A DNA stretch of 64,000 bases from a virus, in the IMG/VR virus record IMGVR_UViG_3300036859_000816, positions 67,133-131,132 of that record. One strand, 5' to 3'. Position numbers and translations under genes: made by a program. The notes below the pieces were generated by a model that did not search any database, was not told where the DNA came from, and saw nothing but the letters and a program-made list of their open reading frames with translations. Position 1 is the first letter of the stretch, and each line of letters opens with the position of its first letter. Shown in pieces: positions 1-9,761 of the stretch.

Positions 1-6
1 CGTCTG

Positions 7-669
7 ATGCTCGATGGTTACTGGGAAATGTGGATCACGATGGCCATCGCGCGCTATTTGAAACCTGGCATGACCTGTCTCGATGTCGGTGCGCACGTCG
101 GTTATTATACAGTGCTCATGGCCGACATCGTTGGCGCACGAGGCCGCGTCATCGGGCTCGAACCGTACGTGCCGAGCTACCGCCACTTATGTAACAACAT
201 CGTCGTAAATGGCGGTCCAACTGTCGAAGTTCAAAGTTACGCAGCCTCTGACGTAACCGGAATGCGAAACATGTACGTCGATCGAACGTATACGGGTAAC
301 AATACTCTCGAGAACGACTATTGTTCAGATGGGGAAGCTGAGCGACTAGGATTAGTTGAGCCCATCATATGCTCAAAAATCGACGACAAGGTGGACGTTG
401 CCGTCGACTTCATCAAAATCGATGCCGAACGACACGAACGTCACGTCTGGCGTGGCATGCAGCAGTTACTTGCGCGGAATACCAACGTACAGGTCGCGAT
501 GGAATACACGTTCGCAGCCGATCCAGAGCATGAGCTACTGAAAGAAATCCGTGAAGCCGGCTACGAGATCCACGACATTCAAGGCGACGGAACGCTGCGC
601 AAGATGACGGCTGAGCAAGTGGTGAGCGATCCGAGCGTGCAGTGGCGAATGCTCTGGCTCAAGCGCTAG
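7..669 (+). CDS. FkbM-family SAM-dependent methyltransferase (possibly 5'-truncated by window edge)
   Basis: CLDVGAHVGYYT motif I, GLEP, and DFIKIDAERHE motif typical of the FkbM family. Confidence 0.85.
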   Translation: MLDGYWEMWITMAIARYLKPGMTCLDVGAHVGYYTVLMADIVGARGRVIGLEPYVPSYRHLCNNIVVNGGPTVEVQSYAASDVTGMRNMYVDRTYTGNNTLENDYCSDGEAERLGLVEPIICSKIDDKVDVAVDFIKIDAERHERHVWRGMQQLLARNTNVQVAMEYTFAADPEHELLKEIREAGYEIHDIQGDGTLRKMTAEQVVSDPSVQWRMLWLKR

Positions 670-1369
670 GTTGTACGCAGGGCAACACAATCCCTTTGAA
701 AGCCCACTCCCAAGCGTAACCAAGGTTTTGTTCTGCCTGTTGAGCTAAATACGATGAGCACGTTCCTGGTTGCACATAACCCGCCGCTGAATGCCAGGTG
801 TACTGCGCGACTCCATCGATAATTTGGTAACCATTGGAAACCGGGCTGACCTTGAACTTCGCTACAATCGTAGCGTCGGGAATTGCGATTGCACACGATT
901 GCATCGTGTCACAGTTGTTCATTCGTTGAATGCGAATAGTTTCGGTGCTGTGAATTGCTACGGAAATCGATACCACCGACGCAACTTCATCGTAGTGCAG
1001 CGAAGTAGCGTCCCAGGTCAGATCCACCGTCCAACACGGTGAATCGATGCATGTTATGCACGTACCGTCGTACGACGATGACCAGACGAATGTTGTCGGT
1101 AATGGAGCCGTGCAATCGATCGGCGCGGCGCCACCGCCACCGTTTGCAACGCTTCCGGCTACACTCGCAGATCCGCCGGAGCTTGTGTCGCCGGCATTGT
1201 TACCGCCACCGATTGCAGCACCACCTGATCCGACTGAATCACTGCCAGCCGATCCTGCGGACGCCATGCCAGCTGACCCGGCGTAGCCCAGATCGTCAGC
1301 ACCGCCCGTTACAGTCGAGCTGCACGCCAGAAAGCAAAAAGCAACCAAAGTTCTCAGGGCCGTTTGCAT
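659..1369 (-). CDS. putative lipoprotein with Gly/Ser/Ala-rich linker and Cys-rich domain (myxobacterial style)
   Basis: MQTALRTLVAFCFLAC lipobox-like signal followed by GSAG/GGSA low-complexity linker. Confidence 0.6.
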   Translation of the reverse strand: MQTALRTLVAFCFLACSSTVTGGADDLGYAGSAGMASAGSAGSDSVGSGGAAIGGGNNAGDTSSGGSASVAGSVANGGGGAAPIDCTAPLPTTFVWSSSYDGTCITCIDSPCWTVDLTWDATSLHYDEVASVVSISVAIHSTETIRIQRMNNCDTMQSCAIAIPDATIVAKFKVSPVSNGYQIIDGVAQYTWHSAAGYVQPGTCSSYLAQQAEQNLGYAWEWAFKGIVLPCVQPSA

Positions 1370-1418
1370 GATATCTACCATGATACCACGTGCTACGGCC
1401 GCTGCCAGCGATCCCTTC

Positions 1419-1871
1419 CTAGCGAAACGGGACGACGGCAAGCTCGGCAATCTTGGAAACCCAGAAAAATAGGCCGGGCCCGATGGATTTGATGACAGCG
1501 AACTCAACTACCGGACCATTGTCGGACGGGTTGAAGATGATTCCACCCAGCAAAATCACTGCGCCGATGTATTCCTCTGACTGACTGTTCAGCGGGCTAC
1601 GAACAAGTTTCCCGCCGAACTGACTAATGCTCGCGGCCTGGGCAGGCACGATTTGGCGCAAACTGTTGATAGGAACGGCGAGATCAAAGACCGTCGTATC
1701 CCAGAGCACGTTGACCGTTGTACTATTTGGTGGGTCGTTACCCGCATCGAATCCGCTCGTGACTCCGAAGTGCGGCGGCTGGGCCGCAAAGCTGGTTTGG
1801 AGCAAATCGTTCGCTTCGAGAAAAGTGCGGGGAACCACGATGACATCGTCCACAATTGCCATGTCGACCAT
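1419..1871 (-). CDS. hypothetical protein
   Basis: 150 aa ORF with ordinary globular composition in the minus-strand gene run. Confidence 0.5.
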   Translation of the reverse strand: MVDMAIVDDVIVVPRTFLEANDLLQTSFAAQPPHFGVTSGFDAGNDPPNSTTVNVLWDTTVFDLAVPINSLRQIVPAQAASISQFGGKLVRSPLNSQSEEYIGAVILLGGIIFNPSDNGPVVEFAVIKSIGPGLFFWVSKIAELAVVPFR

Positions 1872-2193
1872 GCTACGTCGGGCCGGACAGTGCCGTCAAA
1901 AAAGCGGCCAGAGCGGAACCGGCTTGGGCTATCCTGTGGCGATGTCCGCCTTCACTGGCCTGGCTGCGTCGCTGCGGGTCCTGGCTTCGGCCGCCCAACG
2001 GGCGACCCTGTACGACGTCAATACGACCGTCTACGCGGCCCAAGAACGCGCCGTTGAGCGGACGCTGGAGCGTATCCAGATCCAGGCGGAGCGGCTCACG
2101 GCGGGCCAGCCTAAGCACCGCAAGGCCGCGCGCACCGTACGGGCAGCCGTCGAACGAGCCGAGCGCTGCGCGCGCGGGGTCCTCCGGCGCAGC

Positions 2194-2703
2194 TCAGTCG
2201 ATGACCTGGTGGGGCGGGCCGAAGCGGTGGAGCGAGCGGCGCGGGATGTGGCCGAATTGACCACGGAGCTTAACGGGCAGGCAGCGCAGGGCGTCGACGA
2301 AGTAATCGTTGGTGAGCGACCCTGGACGGAGCTGTCGAATGTGCTGGACGCACTCGGCTCCGGACATGCTAGTCAACCGGTACAGAACCAGGGCGTTGAC
2401 CAGACCGCTGCGATTGCGACCTTGAGCGCAGGTGACGAGCACGCGAGCGGAACGCATCAGTAAGCTGCTCACATGATCCGCCATGCGCACGGCGCGCAAC
2501 CATTCGCGCTGGGTGAGCGGGCTACCGTCGTCGTTAATCGGACAACGTAGCGTCGATAGACCCGTTTCGTCGGGACGCTGCTGAATCTCAATGGCGCAGA
2601 GGACAAGTGCATCGAAACATGGACGCACCGGCAACTCCGGATACGATCCTTGGTACAGCTTCGGCGCTAAGCAGGTGACATCAAGTTCGGAGCAGTCAGG
2701 CAT
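2194..2703 (-). CDS. dual-specificity/tyrosine protein phosphatase
   Basis: VLVTCAQGRNRSG CX5R active-site loop, upstream PINDD acid loop, downstream IRQLRPG. Confidence 0.85.
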   Translation of the reverse strand: MPDCSELDVTCLAPKLYQGSYPELPVRPCFDALVLCAIEIQQRPDETGLSTLRCPINDDGSPLTQREWLRAVRMADHVSSLLMRSARVLVTCAQGRNRSGLVNALVLYRLTSMSGAECVQHIRQLRPGSLTNDYFVDALRCLPVKLRGQFGHIPRRSLHRFGPPHQVID

Positions 2704-2912
2704 GTTAGGGATTGCCGGGAAGTGGGCGCCGCTCCCGGCGGGCGACAAAGGATTCACCGCTGTTTCATGAGGCCACCAAACCGACAGCCCAAATCCAGAA
2801 AAACTGTCGGCAAAAAATCCCGCCGCAAGTTCTCCTTGCGTACCATGGCGGTAGAGCCCATGCAGTCACGCGATCGAACGTAGCACATTGCCGTCCGCGA
2901 TTGCTGAAATTC

Positions 2913-3224
2913 TCAGGTTCGCGCGGTAGGCGGCTTAGTTGCTGGCATCGTACTCGATGGTCGAGCGACGCGCGCCAAGCGCTCGCGCGCTGTCTTGAGC
3001 ATGACCGAAGCTTCGTTCAGTGCCGAAGGACGCAGATGGTCATCATCCATGATTTCGGGAAGCATCTTGAGCATTCCGACGACTAGATCGAGGTCTTCTT
3101 TGGTCTGCACACGCTCGAGTGCGCTGATGGTTTCACGCAAAGAGATGATGATAGCGTTGCGCATGTAGATGACGGCAGCCTCAGACATCAGCGCGTTCCT
3201 CTCAGATTGTATTTCAACTTGCAC
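2913..3224 (-). CDS. hypothetical protein
   Basis: helical ORF closely following the upstream gene. Confidence 0.45.
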   Translation of the reverse strand: MQVEIQSERNALMSEAAVIYMRNAIIISLRETISALERVQTKEDLDLVVGMLKMLPEIMDDDHLRPSALNEASVMLKTARERLARVARPSSTMPATKPPTART

Positions 3225-3228
3225 TTCA

Positions 3229-3897
3229 TCATGGACTGTCCTGCTGCTGAGAAAAGAGTGATCCTTGAGTATCGACGTCGCGAATCACCTTGACGATGCG
3301 CGTGCCGTCGCCAATCTGCTCAGCGAGCTTGACGGCGCGCTCGGGCACGTTGTCAGCGTCGTCGATGACGAGGTCGACGCCCGTCGGTCGGAACATGGTG
3401 AAGATGCCGGGAGTGAAGCCGCCTTGACCGTCCGGAATGGTCAAACGATGCGCGAGAAAGACCCATGTTTCGCCGAGCTTGAAGCCATTCGGGATCGCGC
3501 CGAGCTTGCGTGAGACGCCCATTTGCCGAGCCTCGGCCATGAAGATGTGCGGAGAGCGATAGAACTTCTCACCCGTCCACAGTAGGCCGTGCTTGCCAGT
3601 GACCGGCTGTATGCCGACGGGACAGGTTCGGCATGCATCGAGACCTGCGCAGCAGTAGCGCGGTACACGACGCAACAGATCCGAGGTCGGAAACAGCAGG
3701 CTCGGCTCGATCCAGGTCCAGCCGCGCGTCGGCTTGATGCCGGCCGAGCAGCACGGGCAGACCGTCAGCGGCAAGGGCAGCCGGCCGCACGGCGCCGCAA
3801 GACCGGGTCCCACCAAATAGATGCCGACGCCGTTCTTGCTCGGCTTGCGGTACCCGCAACCGCGGGCGTGTTCCGTTGACGTTACAACTGTTACCAT
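3229..3897 (-). CDS. conserved phage-type Cys-rich hypothetical protein
   Basis: RGCGYRK..G.YL start, CPCC and CxxC motifs, FMAEARQMGVSRK. Confidence 0.6.
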   Translation of the reverse strand: MVTVVTSTEHARGCGYRKPSKNGVGIYLVGPGLAAPCGRLPLPLTVCPCCSAGIKPTRGWTWIEPSLLFPTSDLLRRVPRYCCAGLDACRTCPVGIQPVTGKHGLLWTGEKFYRSPHIFMAEARQMGVSRKLGAIPNGFKLGETWVFLAHRLTIPDGQGGFTPGIFTMFRPTGVDLVIDDADNVPERAVKLAEQIGDGTRIVKVIRDVDTQGSLFSQQQDSP

Positions 3898-3938
3898 GGC
3901 TAGTGATACCATGGTAGCAGACGTGAGCTTCCCCGCAA
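3898..3938 (-). promoter_or_regulatory. putative sigma70-type promoter with ACCATGGT palindrome
   Basis: minus strand TTGCGG-N16-TACCAT with TG extension; GATACCATGGTAGC near-palindrome at 3905-3918. Confidence 0.4.
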
Positions 3939-3953
3939 AAAGAAAAATAACGG

Positions 3954-4250
3954 TCAGTTCGGGTTCGCTCCCGGAACCTTCACGCCACCGACGCCAATGA
4001 GCACGGTTTCGAGCATCAAACCAAATGCGTCATGCGCATCCGATGCGGCAGTATAGACGATGCCCATGGTGTCACCGGTTCCGCTCAGCGCGCCGCCTGC
4101 CTTGCGTACAACCTGACTCAATAGGTCGATCCGCGGTTCCTGTGGAGAGCGATAGACCAAGATCCAACGCTCATTGTTTCCGTCTTGGATTTTCACGAGC
4201 TCGATGCGGCAGTCTCCGAGCATCGCGTACTGAACCAACTCAGCGTCCAT
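3954..4250 (-). CDS. hypothetical protein
   Basis: 98 aa ORF abutting the MTase stop. Confidence 0.5.
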   Translation of the reverse strand: MDAELVQYAMLGDCRIELVKIQDGNNERWILVYRSPQEPRIDLLSQVVRKAGGALSGTGDTMGIVYTAASDAHDAFGLMLETVLIGVGGVKVPGANPN

Positions 4251-4252
4251 CT

Positions 4253-5977
4253 TCAGTCCTTTCGGTGAGCCAGGGCAAAGAGTGAGAGCTGTTTGAGACC
4301 GGTACGAGGATCTTCGGATAGCACGCGCGCTGCGTGCGGGTCAAAGCCAACAGCGTGAGCTATGCGAGCTCGCGCGAGGCGGACGTGCGGTTCGGCATCA
4401 GTGTCGAGTAACTCAATTCCCAGAAAACGCACCATTTCCAGAATGCACGCGACTCCAGTTGAACCGCTGCCCGCGAACGGATCGAGGCAGATTCCGGCTG
4501 GCGGCGTCACGAGCCGAACAAGCCAACGCATCAGCGCCACGGATTTGACGGTCGGGTGTACATTGCGGATTCCGCCAGTTCTCCCGGCGCCTGCGTGCGG
4601 ATTGCGTGTACCGGCGCTGCCATCAACGCGGCCCGTAGCGGCGCCGCCCGTCACGGCCGCAAAGTCACCGAGGCCGGTGTCTCGCTCCGACCGCGCCGGC
4701 TTAGCTTCGTAGAGAAACGGAACGACGTCGTCGAGCTCGTCGGGTTCGAACTGAGGGAAGAAGCGCGCGGCGGAGCCAGCGTCTCCGTATTCAATCATAG
4801 GTGTCCCTGCTGAACGACTTTCTTTCCCTAACGAGTTTCCTCGTGAGCCAGTGGCAGCATTCATCCGTGCTCCACTACCACTCCTGATTTCACCACTCTG
4901 CTTACTAAGCTCAGCGACTGGGCATCCATCGACGCACTGCCACTGCTCGACGTCTTCGGTGTCATTGCGCCGCTCGCCTGGCAAAGCAGCAAAGCCGGTC
5001 ACGCCCTTATCGGCATAGCGACGGTCCGCGGACGGTTCACCCGCGCGTGTCGTATGCCGCACCATGGAGACTTCGTTACCGGTAAACTTGCTGGGCTCGG
5101 TCGCACGGTTGGGCGTGTCCCATGTTGGATTAGCCGGAACGCTAGCGGTGCCAATGCGCCGACAATCCGGATGATGCGAAAAGAGTAGGTTCGGCGGCCA
5201 ACGACCCGCAGTATTGACCTCGTTCGCTCCGCTAAGGTCGCTCGAGTTTTTCCAGCTGTTGCCGAGCGAGCCGCCCTTGGCTTTGAGCGCGGCGACTTGC
5301 TGCTCGTGTGCTTTGAGGTCAGCCGGCGAGGCGTGCGCGACACGGCAGGCGTCGATGTTGAGGCCTCCGGTGCCGTACTCGACTACATTTGCGGCTACGG
5401 TGCCAGCGAGCGTTTTGCGCACTAGCCACCAAACTTCGTGAGCCGGCTTTGCAGCAGTGCCCCAACCGTTCCACTCTTTCGCAGCATCAGTAGCTGGCGC
5501 GATTATCGCTCGAGATTCACCAGTGTGAATTTCAATACGCTGCGCACCCGCAGCGTCATCAATTGCTTTACTGACATTGAGCGATTTCGGGAATCCCGTG
5601 GAAAAAATGTGATCGAACGAATCTCTGACCTCAAATCCTGCATTCTCGAGGGCCATGCCGGTCCAGTGCGACGTGCGCGGCAAGGCCCAGACGAACGCAT
5701 GCGCTCCCGGTTTGAGCACACGCAGCACCTCGCGCATGATCTCGGTCAGCCACGCAATCCAATTGTCGCGGCCTCCGCGGTCCGAATCAAAACTCCGACC
5801 CATGAAGTTTATGCCAGCTGGAGGATCACAAACGCATGAGTCGATGCAGTTATCCGGCAGCGCTCGCAGCGGAACGAGCGCATCATGATGTTCGACGTGC
5901 CAGCGCGCTTCGCCGCGGAGCACGCGGGTAATCTCGCGATGAAACCAGAGCCACGACTTGGCGCACAGAGTGCTCAT
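4253..5977 (-). CDS. site-specific DNA methyltransferase (N4-C/N6-A, beta class) with long central insertion
   Basis: IDSCVCDPPA motif IV, RVLKPGAH, HPTVKS, and CLDPFAGSGSTG motif I near the C-terminus. Confidence 0.9.
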   Translation of the reverse strand: MSTLCAKSWLWFHREITRVLRGEARWHVEHHDALVPLRALPDNCIDSCVCDPPAGINFMGRSFDSDRGGRDNWIAWLTEIMREVLRVLKPGAHAFVWALPRTSHWTGMALENAGFEVRDSFDHIFSTGFPKSLNVSKAIDDAAGAQRIEIHTGESRAIIAPATDAAKEWNGWGTAAKPAHEVWWLVRKTLAGTVAANVVEYGTGGLNIDACRVAHASPADLKAHEQQVAALKAKGGSLGNSWKNSSDLSGANEVNTAGRWPPNLLFSHHPDCRRIGTASVPANPTWDTPNRATEPSKFTGNEVSMVRHTTRAGEPSADRRYADKGVTGFAALPGERRNDTEDVEQWQCVDGCPVAELSKQSGEIRSGSGARMNAATGSRGNSLGKESRSAGTPMIEYGDAGSAARFFPQFEPDELDDVVPFLYEAKPARSERDTGLGDFAAVTGGAATGRVDGSAGTRNPHAGAGRTGGIRNVHPTVKSVALMRWLVRLVTPPAGICLDPFAGSGSTGVACILEMVRFLGIELLDTDAEPHVRLARARIAHAVGFDPHAARVLSEDPRTGLKQLSLFALAHRKD

Positions 5978-6228
5978 CAGTTGCTGTCCCGATTGTCCCG
6001 CGCCAGTTCCACAACGAAGCACTCAACCTTCTCATCGAGTTCGGATTGAATCCGCTCCCACTCGGAACTGAAGCCGGGAAGGTGAGCAGCGGCCACCAAG
6101 ACTGATTTTTTCGCGATTTCCAGAGCTATCAGCGCTTCGAGCGGACCAGGTGTCCGCGCCGGCACATTCTCCAGGATCCATACTGCGGCAGGTGAGGCGG
6201 CGTCGAACATTGCGGCGAGAGTTTTCAT
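5977..6228 (-). CDS. hypothetical protein
   Basis: overlapping start/stop coupling with both neighbours. Confidence 0.5.
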   Translation of the reverse strand: MKTLAAMFDAASPAAVWILENVPARTPGPLEALIALEIAKKSVLVAAAHLPGFSSEWERIQSELDEKVECFVVELARDNRDSN

Positions 6229-6563
6229 TGAGCGTCCTCATCAACAAAGTGCAGTATGAATTCTGGCGGCTTGTCCCAATTGCGTAGATCGTCTTCGACG
6301 TCTATCCAGTAGTTCTGTCGCGGTGGCACAACAATGAGCGGATTTAGTCCACGATTCCAGATTTCCGCCGTGGCCGTCACCTGATTCTTCATGCCGAAGC
6401 CGACCGTAACGTAATACGTCATGTGGTCCCTATAGTCGCCTTTGAAATTGACTCTAAGACCAGTGATTACTCGTCGATGCTCTGTCAGAACTACATCGCT
6501 GTATTTTACATGCCCTGCAACGCTGAAGGCGTCGGTGCGTTGCGACATAACAATTGTCGTCAT
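6225..6563 (-). CDS. hypothetical protein
   Basis: ATGA-coupled ORF. Confidence 0.5.
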   Translation of the reverse strand: MTTIVMSQRTDAFSVAGHVKYSDVVLTEHRRVITGLRVNFKGDYRDHMTYYVTVGFGMKNQVTATAEIWNRGLNPLIVVPPRQNYWIDVEDDLRNWDKPPEFILHFVDEDAQ

Positions 6564-6751
6564 TGTAAAATCTCCGCAGCGTTGCGGACCAAGCTGCGTA
6601 CGAGGCTATTGATGGATACGCCGTTTTGTTTCGACCAGCGTTTCAACAGCGCAAGCTCGGATGTAGACACTTCAACGCGCACTGCATGGACGTGGATTAT
6701 GTTGCTGCTTCGCTTGCGTATTGTCTTTGTTTTGGTCTTCTTCTTTTTCAT
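6560..6751 (-). CDS. small ribbon-helix-helix-like DNA-binding protein
   Basis: VRVEVS strand followed by LALLKRWSKQNGVSINSLVRSLV helices. Confidence 0.45.
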   Translation of the reverse strand: MKKKKTKTKTIRKRSSNIIHVHAVRVEVSTSELALLKRWSKQNGVSINSLVRSLVRNAAEILQ

Positions 6752-7059
6752 GACTCACCTCGCCCGCCTTTGCCAAAAATGGCGTCAAAGTTTGCGCCAC
6801 CGAAGTCGCGGCGCATCTCTTCGATCTGTTCAACCGAAGGACGCTCATCATCGTACTCACCCGCGATGGTTCGGTCGGCCAAGTCTTCGAAGCCTGCCTG
6901 ACGCAAATCGGCGACCAGTTGAAGTTTCGGTGTAGCCAACTCAGTGTCGAAGTCATGGTAGACGCCCTTCAGCGCACGCTTGAGCACGTATTCGCGTTTG
7001 AGGCTCCAGGGTTTCTTGCGCAGATCGTCAACCAGTTCTTTCTTCGTGCTGCCCATCAC
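6748..7059 (-). CDS. hypothetical phage protein
   Basis: coupled ORF; GVYHDF..ELATPK.QLV.DL pattern. Confidence 0.55.
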   Translation of the reverse strand: MMGSTKKELVDDLRKKPWSLKREYVLKRALKGVYHDFDTELATPKLQLVADLRQAGFEDLADRTIAGEYDDERPSVEQIEEMRRDFGGANFDAIFGKGGRGES

Positions 7060-7421
7060 GCACCCTTTCGTTTTTTCTCGTCAATCTCGATAACGTTGTC
7101 GTAGCCCTGCTCCAGTCGGCGCAGTAATGTCTCGCGGTATTCAAATTCTTGGAACGCTCGCGTTAGTTTTATGGCTAGGGCGGCGCTGACAGAAACGCCT
7201 GTTTTTGAACTTACCCAGTCGTAACTTTTGTCCAGTAGCTCATTGAGCAAATCCGCGATAAACGAATACGTATAACGATTAAGTTTTGCTGTCGCAATGT
7301 ATTCAGCGCGACGCAACCACGGCCAGTACCAGTGGCGACGCTCAATGACGATACTGATGACTCCATTTAGTTCCTGCGATTCAACAACACGAATCATGGA
7401 GATCCATTCGGTCGTGCCCAT
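7056..7421 (-). CDS. hypothetical protein
   Basis: coupled ORF, lower GC than neighbours. Confidence 0.45.
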   Translation of the reverse strand: MGTTEWISMIRVVESQELNGVISIVIERRHWYWPWLRRAEYIATAKLNRYTYSFIADLLNELLDKSYDWVSSKTGVSVSAALAIKLTRAFQEFEYRETLLRRLEQGYDNVIEIDEKKRKGA

Positions 7422-8023
7422 GTGCGCAACGCTTCGCGGGCTTCATCACGCGCGCGGTTGAGTTGAACCATCGCTTCGTGTTCTCCACCGCGATCCGGAT
7501 GATGTTCTTGCACTCGCTTGCGGTATGCCGCTTCAACATCGTCCAGTGTCAGTCCGCCGATGGTTGTGAAGCCAAGGATCGTGGCCCAGCTCGGCAGCGA
7601 GCTCGATGCGGGCAACGCTGCGAAGCCCGTGAAGGCTCGCTTGAGGATTTCGCTCGCTTGCGTTCGCTCGATTAGGCGCAAGCCTTGGATAGCCAAACCG
7701 ACCGCGCGCAGATTTTCGCGAACGGTCCTCCATGCGTCGCAAGCGATGACACGCGAGCCGAGCTTACGGTTACTCCAGTATACAGCTACTCCGGGATCGT
7801 TCGGTTCGCGCTGGTTCGAGTACGGTAGACCATCTATGCGCAGGGCCACGTTCGTGCTGATGACGGCGTCGTGCGATTGCACGCCGAACAGGCGCAGTTC
7901 TTCGACCAGGTCGTCGCGCGCTTTGCCGAAGCTGACCTGGTATTTCGACGAGCGCCGTTCGTTGATTGGCGTACGCTGCCAACCATCGGGCCAGCTCAGC
8001 GGAAACGCATCAATGCCTTTCAT
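7394..8023 (-). CDS. phage-type DnaJ (J-domain) protein
   Basis: AFPLSWPDGWQRT N-terminus, DPGVAVYW, C-terminal AYRKRVQEHHPDRGG...LNRARDEA J-domain. Confidence 0.85.
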   Translation of the reverse strand: MKGIDAFPLSWPDGWQRTPINERRSSKYQVSFGKARDDLVEELRLFGVQSHDAVISTNVALRIDGLPYSNQREPNDPGVAVYWSNRKLGSRVIACDAWRTVRENLRAVGLAIQGLRLIERTQASEILKRAFTGFAALPASSSLPSWATILGFTTIGGLTLDDVEAAYRKRVQEHHPDRGGEHEAMVQLNRARDEAREALRTWARPNGSP

Positions 8024-8387
8024 TTTGCTTTTCACTTTCCTTTGTCTGCCAAGACCCGCAGAGACCGCCGCCGTCGAACACACAATCCGCCAGTGCTCGA
8101 CCTCGATCACGATGCAGAATGCAGATGCGCGCCGGCTTGTCGCGTCGCCAGGGATTCTCGACCTCTGGTTCCGTCCAGTAGCGGCAGTTGGCGCAGCGTT
8201 TACTCGCCATCGCTCGCATCCTGCGGAAGCTCTGCAAAAAACAGCACGCTCTCGAGAAGCCCAGCTGTCCGGTAGTCTTCCAAGCAATCAGCGCAGATCA
8301 GAAAATCATTGAGCCACGCTACCGCCGGTTTGCCGCACTCATGTTCTGGCTCGGACGGCGGCCAAGACAGAATCACTTGACACGTCT

Positions 8388-9224
8388 TCATGTGCCAGTC
8401 TCCCGAGCGGTCAGCTCTGCGATCCGTTTCAGTGCGTTTGCCACCTCTTGAAAGCGTTCCGCCAGAGCCGCGGGCGGCATCTGAGACAACAGACACGCTG
8501 CTTTGAACTGCTCACCCAGCTGCTTCGGTCCGTAATTGCCGCCGCGGTACATAGCGAGGCCGGTAGCTTCAATGCCCGCTGCGCGCTCAAATGCCGCGAT
8601 GGTTTGTTTCAGCGATGCCGCGTCTTGCTCGGCATAGCGTGCTTTATTTTCGAGCCTGTACCTCTCACTTTCGCACTCAGCCAGCTGGCGCTTTAGTTCG
8701 TCGAACTTGGTTTCGTTGTACCGAGCGTTCGCGGCTTCGTATGCCTCATCGCGACCGGATTGACGCAGCCGAGCTTGTCGTTCGCCGTCGTTGCGTAGCA
8801 CGCTGGCCAGAAATTCTCGTGTGTACGCTTCAGGCTCCAGCTTCGGCGCCTGCTTTGCAACGCGAACTTTCTTGCCGGTTAGCTCGTAGTGGCCCCAGGT
8901 TTGCGGAACTTCGGCAGCCTCCACGACGCCTTTGGTCGCGGCGACCCACCAGAAATCGCAGAAGCGCTGGATGTCACTCGATTTCTTTGGATCGTCGACC
9001 TCGCGTAACCAATCGTTACGGGAAACCTTGACTTCGATGCCGGCTAGCCAGATGCCGCGCGACGGCCAGACGGAGACGACGATGGCATCGGCATAGCGCG
9101 TTTGGCGTCCGTAACCTGTGCCGTTGCGGACCTCAAATAGCCAAGCGTGCGCCGGCTCGCGCAACGGTCCGGCGCGCAATGCGTTCAGGACCGTGGCCGA
9201 CGTGATTTGAAGCTGCGCCTTCAC
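8388..9224 (-). CDS. MmcB-like PD-(D/E)XK nuclease-domain protein with coiled-coil C-terminus
   Basis: FEVRNGTG...RYADA...GIEVKVSRNDWLRE...FCDFWW. Confidence 0.75.
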   Translation of the reverse strand: MKAQLQITSATVLNALRAGPLREPAHAWLFEVRNGTGYGRQTRYADAIVVSVWPSRGIWLAGIEVKVSRNDWLREVDDPKKSSDIQRFCDFWWVAATKGVVEAAEVPQTWGHYELTGKKVRVAKQAPKLEPEAYTREFLASVLRNDGERQARLRQSGRDEAYEAANARYNETKFDELKRQLAECESERYRLENKARYAEQDAASLKQTIAAFERAAGIEATGLAMYRGGNYGPKQLGEQFKAACLLSQMPPAALAERFQEVANALKRIAELTARETGT

Positions 9225-9761
9225 TTCACGATCTCGTCTATCAAGGTCAGTGAATGGTACTCATCCTCAGCGTTCGCAGCGCGTAACACGTGCGTCGTGG
9301 CCTGTCCGAGCGTTGGCCGCGTACTGCTGTATTGGTAGAGCTCACCGCAGCGTACGAGCACGATGACGCGATCAGCGTGGCGCGTCACAATGAACTGCCG
9401 CATGCGTTGTTTGCCGAGCTTCCGGGCGCTCCAGTCAGCAAGCATCTGCAGTGCAGTAGCGTCATCGACCGCTGTCATGGATTCTCCCAATGCGGCGTCA
9501 TCCAGACGTCGCCTTCGTCCTCGCCAAAATGTGCACGTACAGCCGGCTCAGCGTCTTCGTGGTAAACGAGAATACTGCCGAGCGTCGGATGGTTGACGCG
9601 CAACGGTTCGCCACTCACATCGCCGCGGGTGACCATCCGTTCGGGTTCAGTGGGAAAGTGTGGATAGAGCTCGTGGAACCAAGCGTGCGTGGCAACGTAG
9701 ACAAGATCGACGATCTTGCGGGTTTCGCGCGGCCACTCGCGCCACTGCAGAGCAAACTTCA

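Noticed and set aside
1942-2463. Plus-strand ORF convergently overlapping the phosphatase by ~270 bp
   Set aside because: No recognisable motif, and the overlap covers the phosphatase active site; coding status unresolved
6577-6600. Partial similarity (GACCAAGCTGCG, 12 bp) to array 1 spacer 30952-30988
   Set aside because: Needs a gap, mismatches fall in the expected seed end, and such a match is plausible by chance; no convincing self-target was found by eye, but the search was not exhaustive
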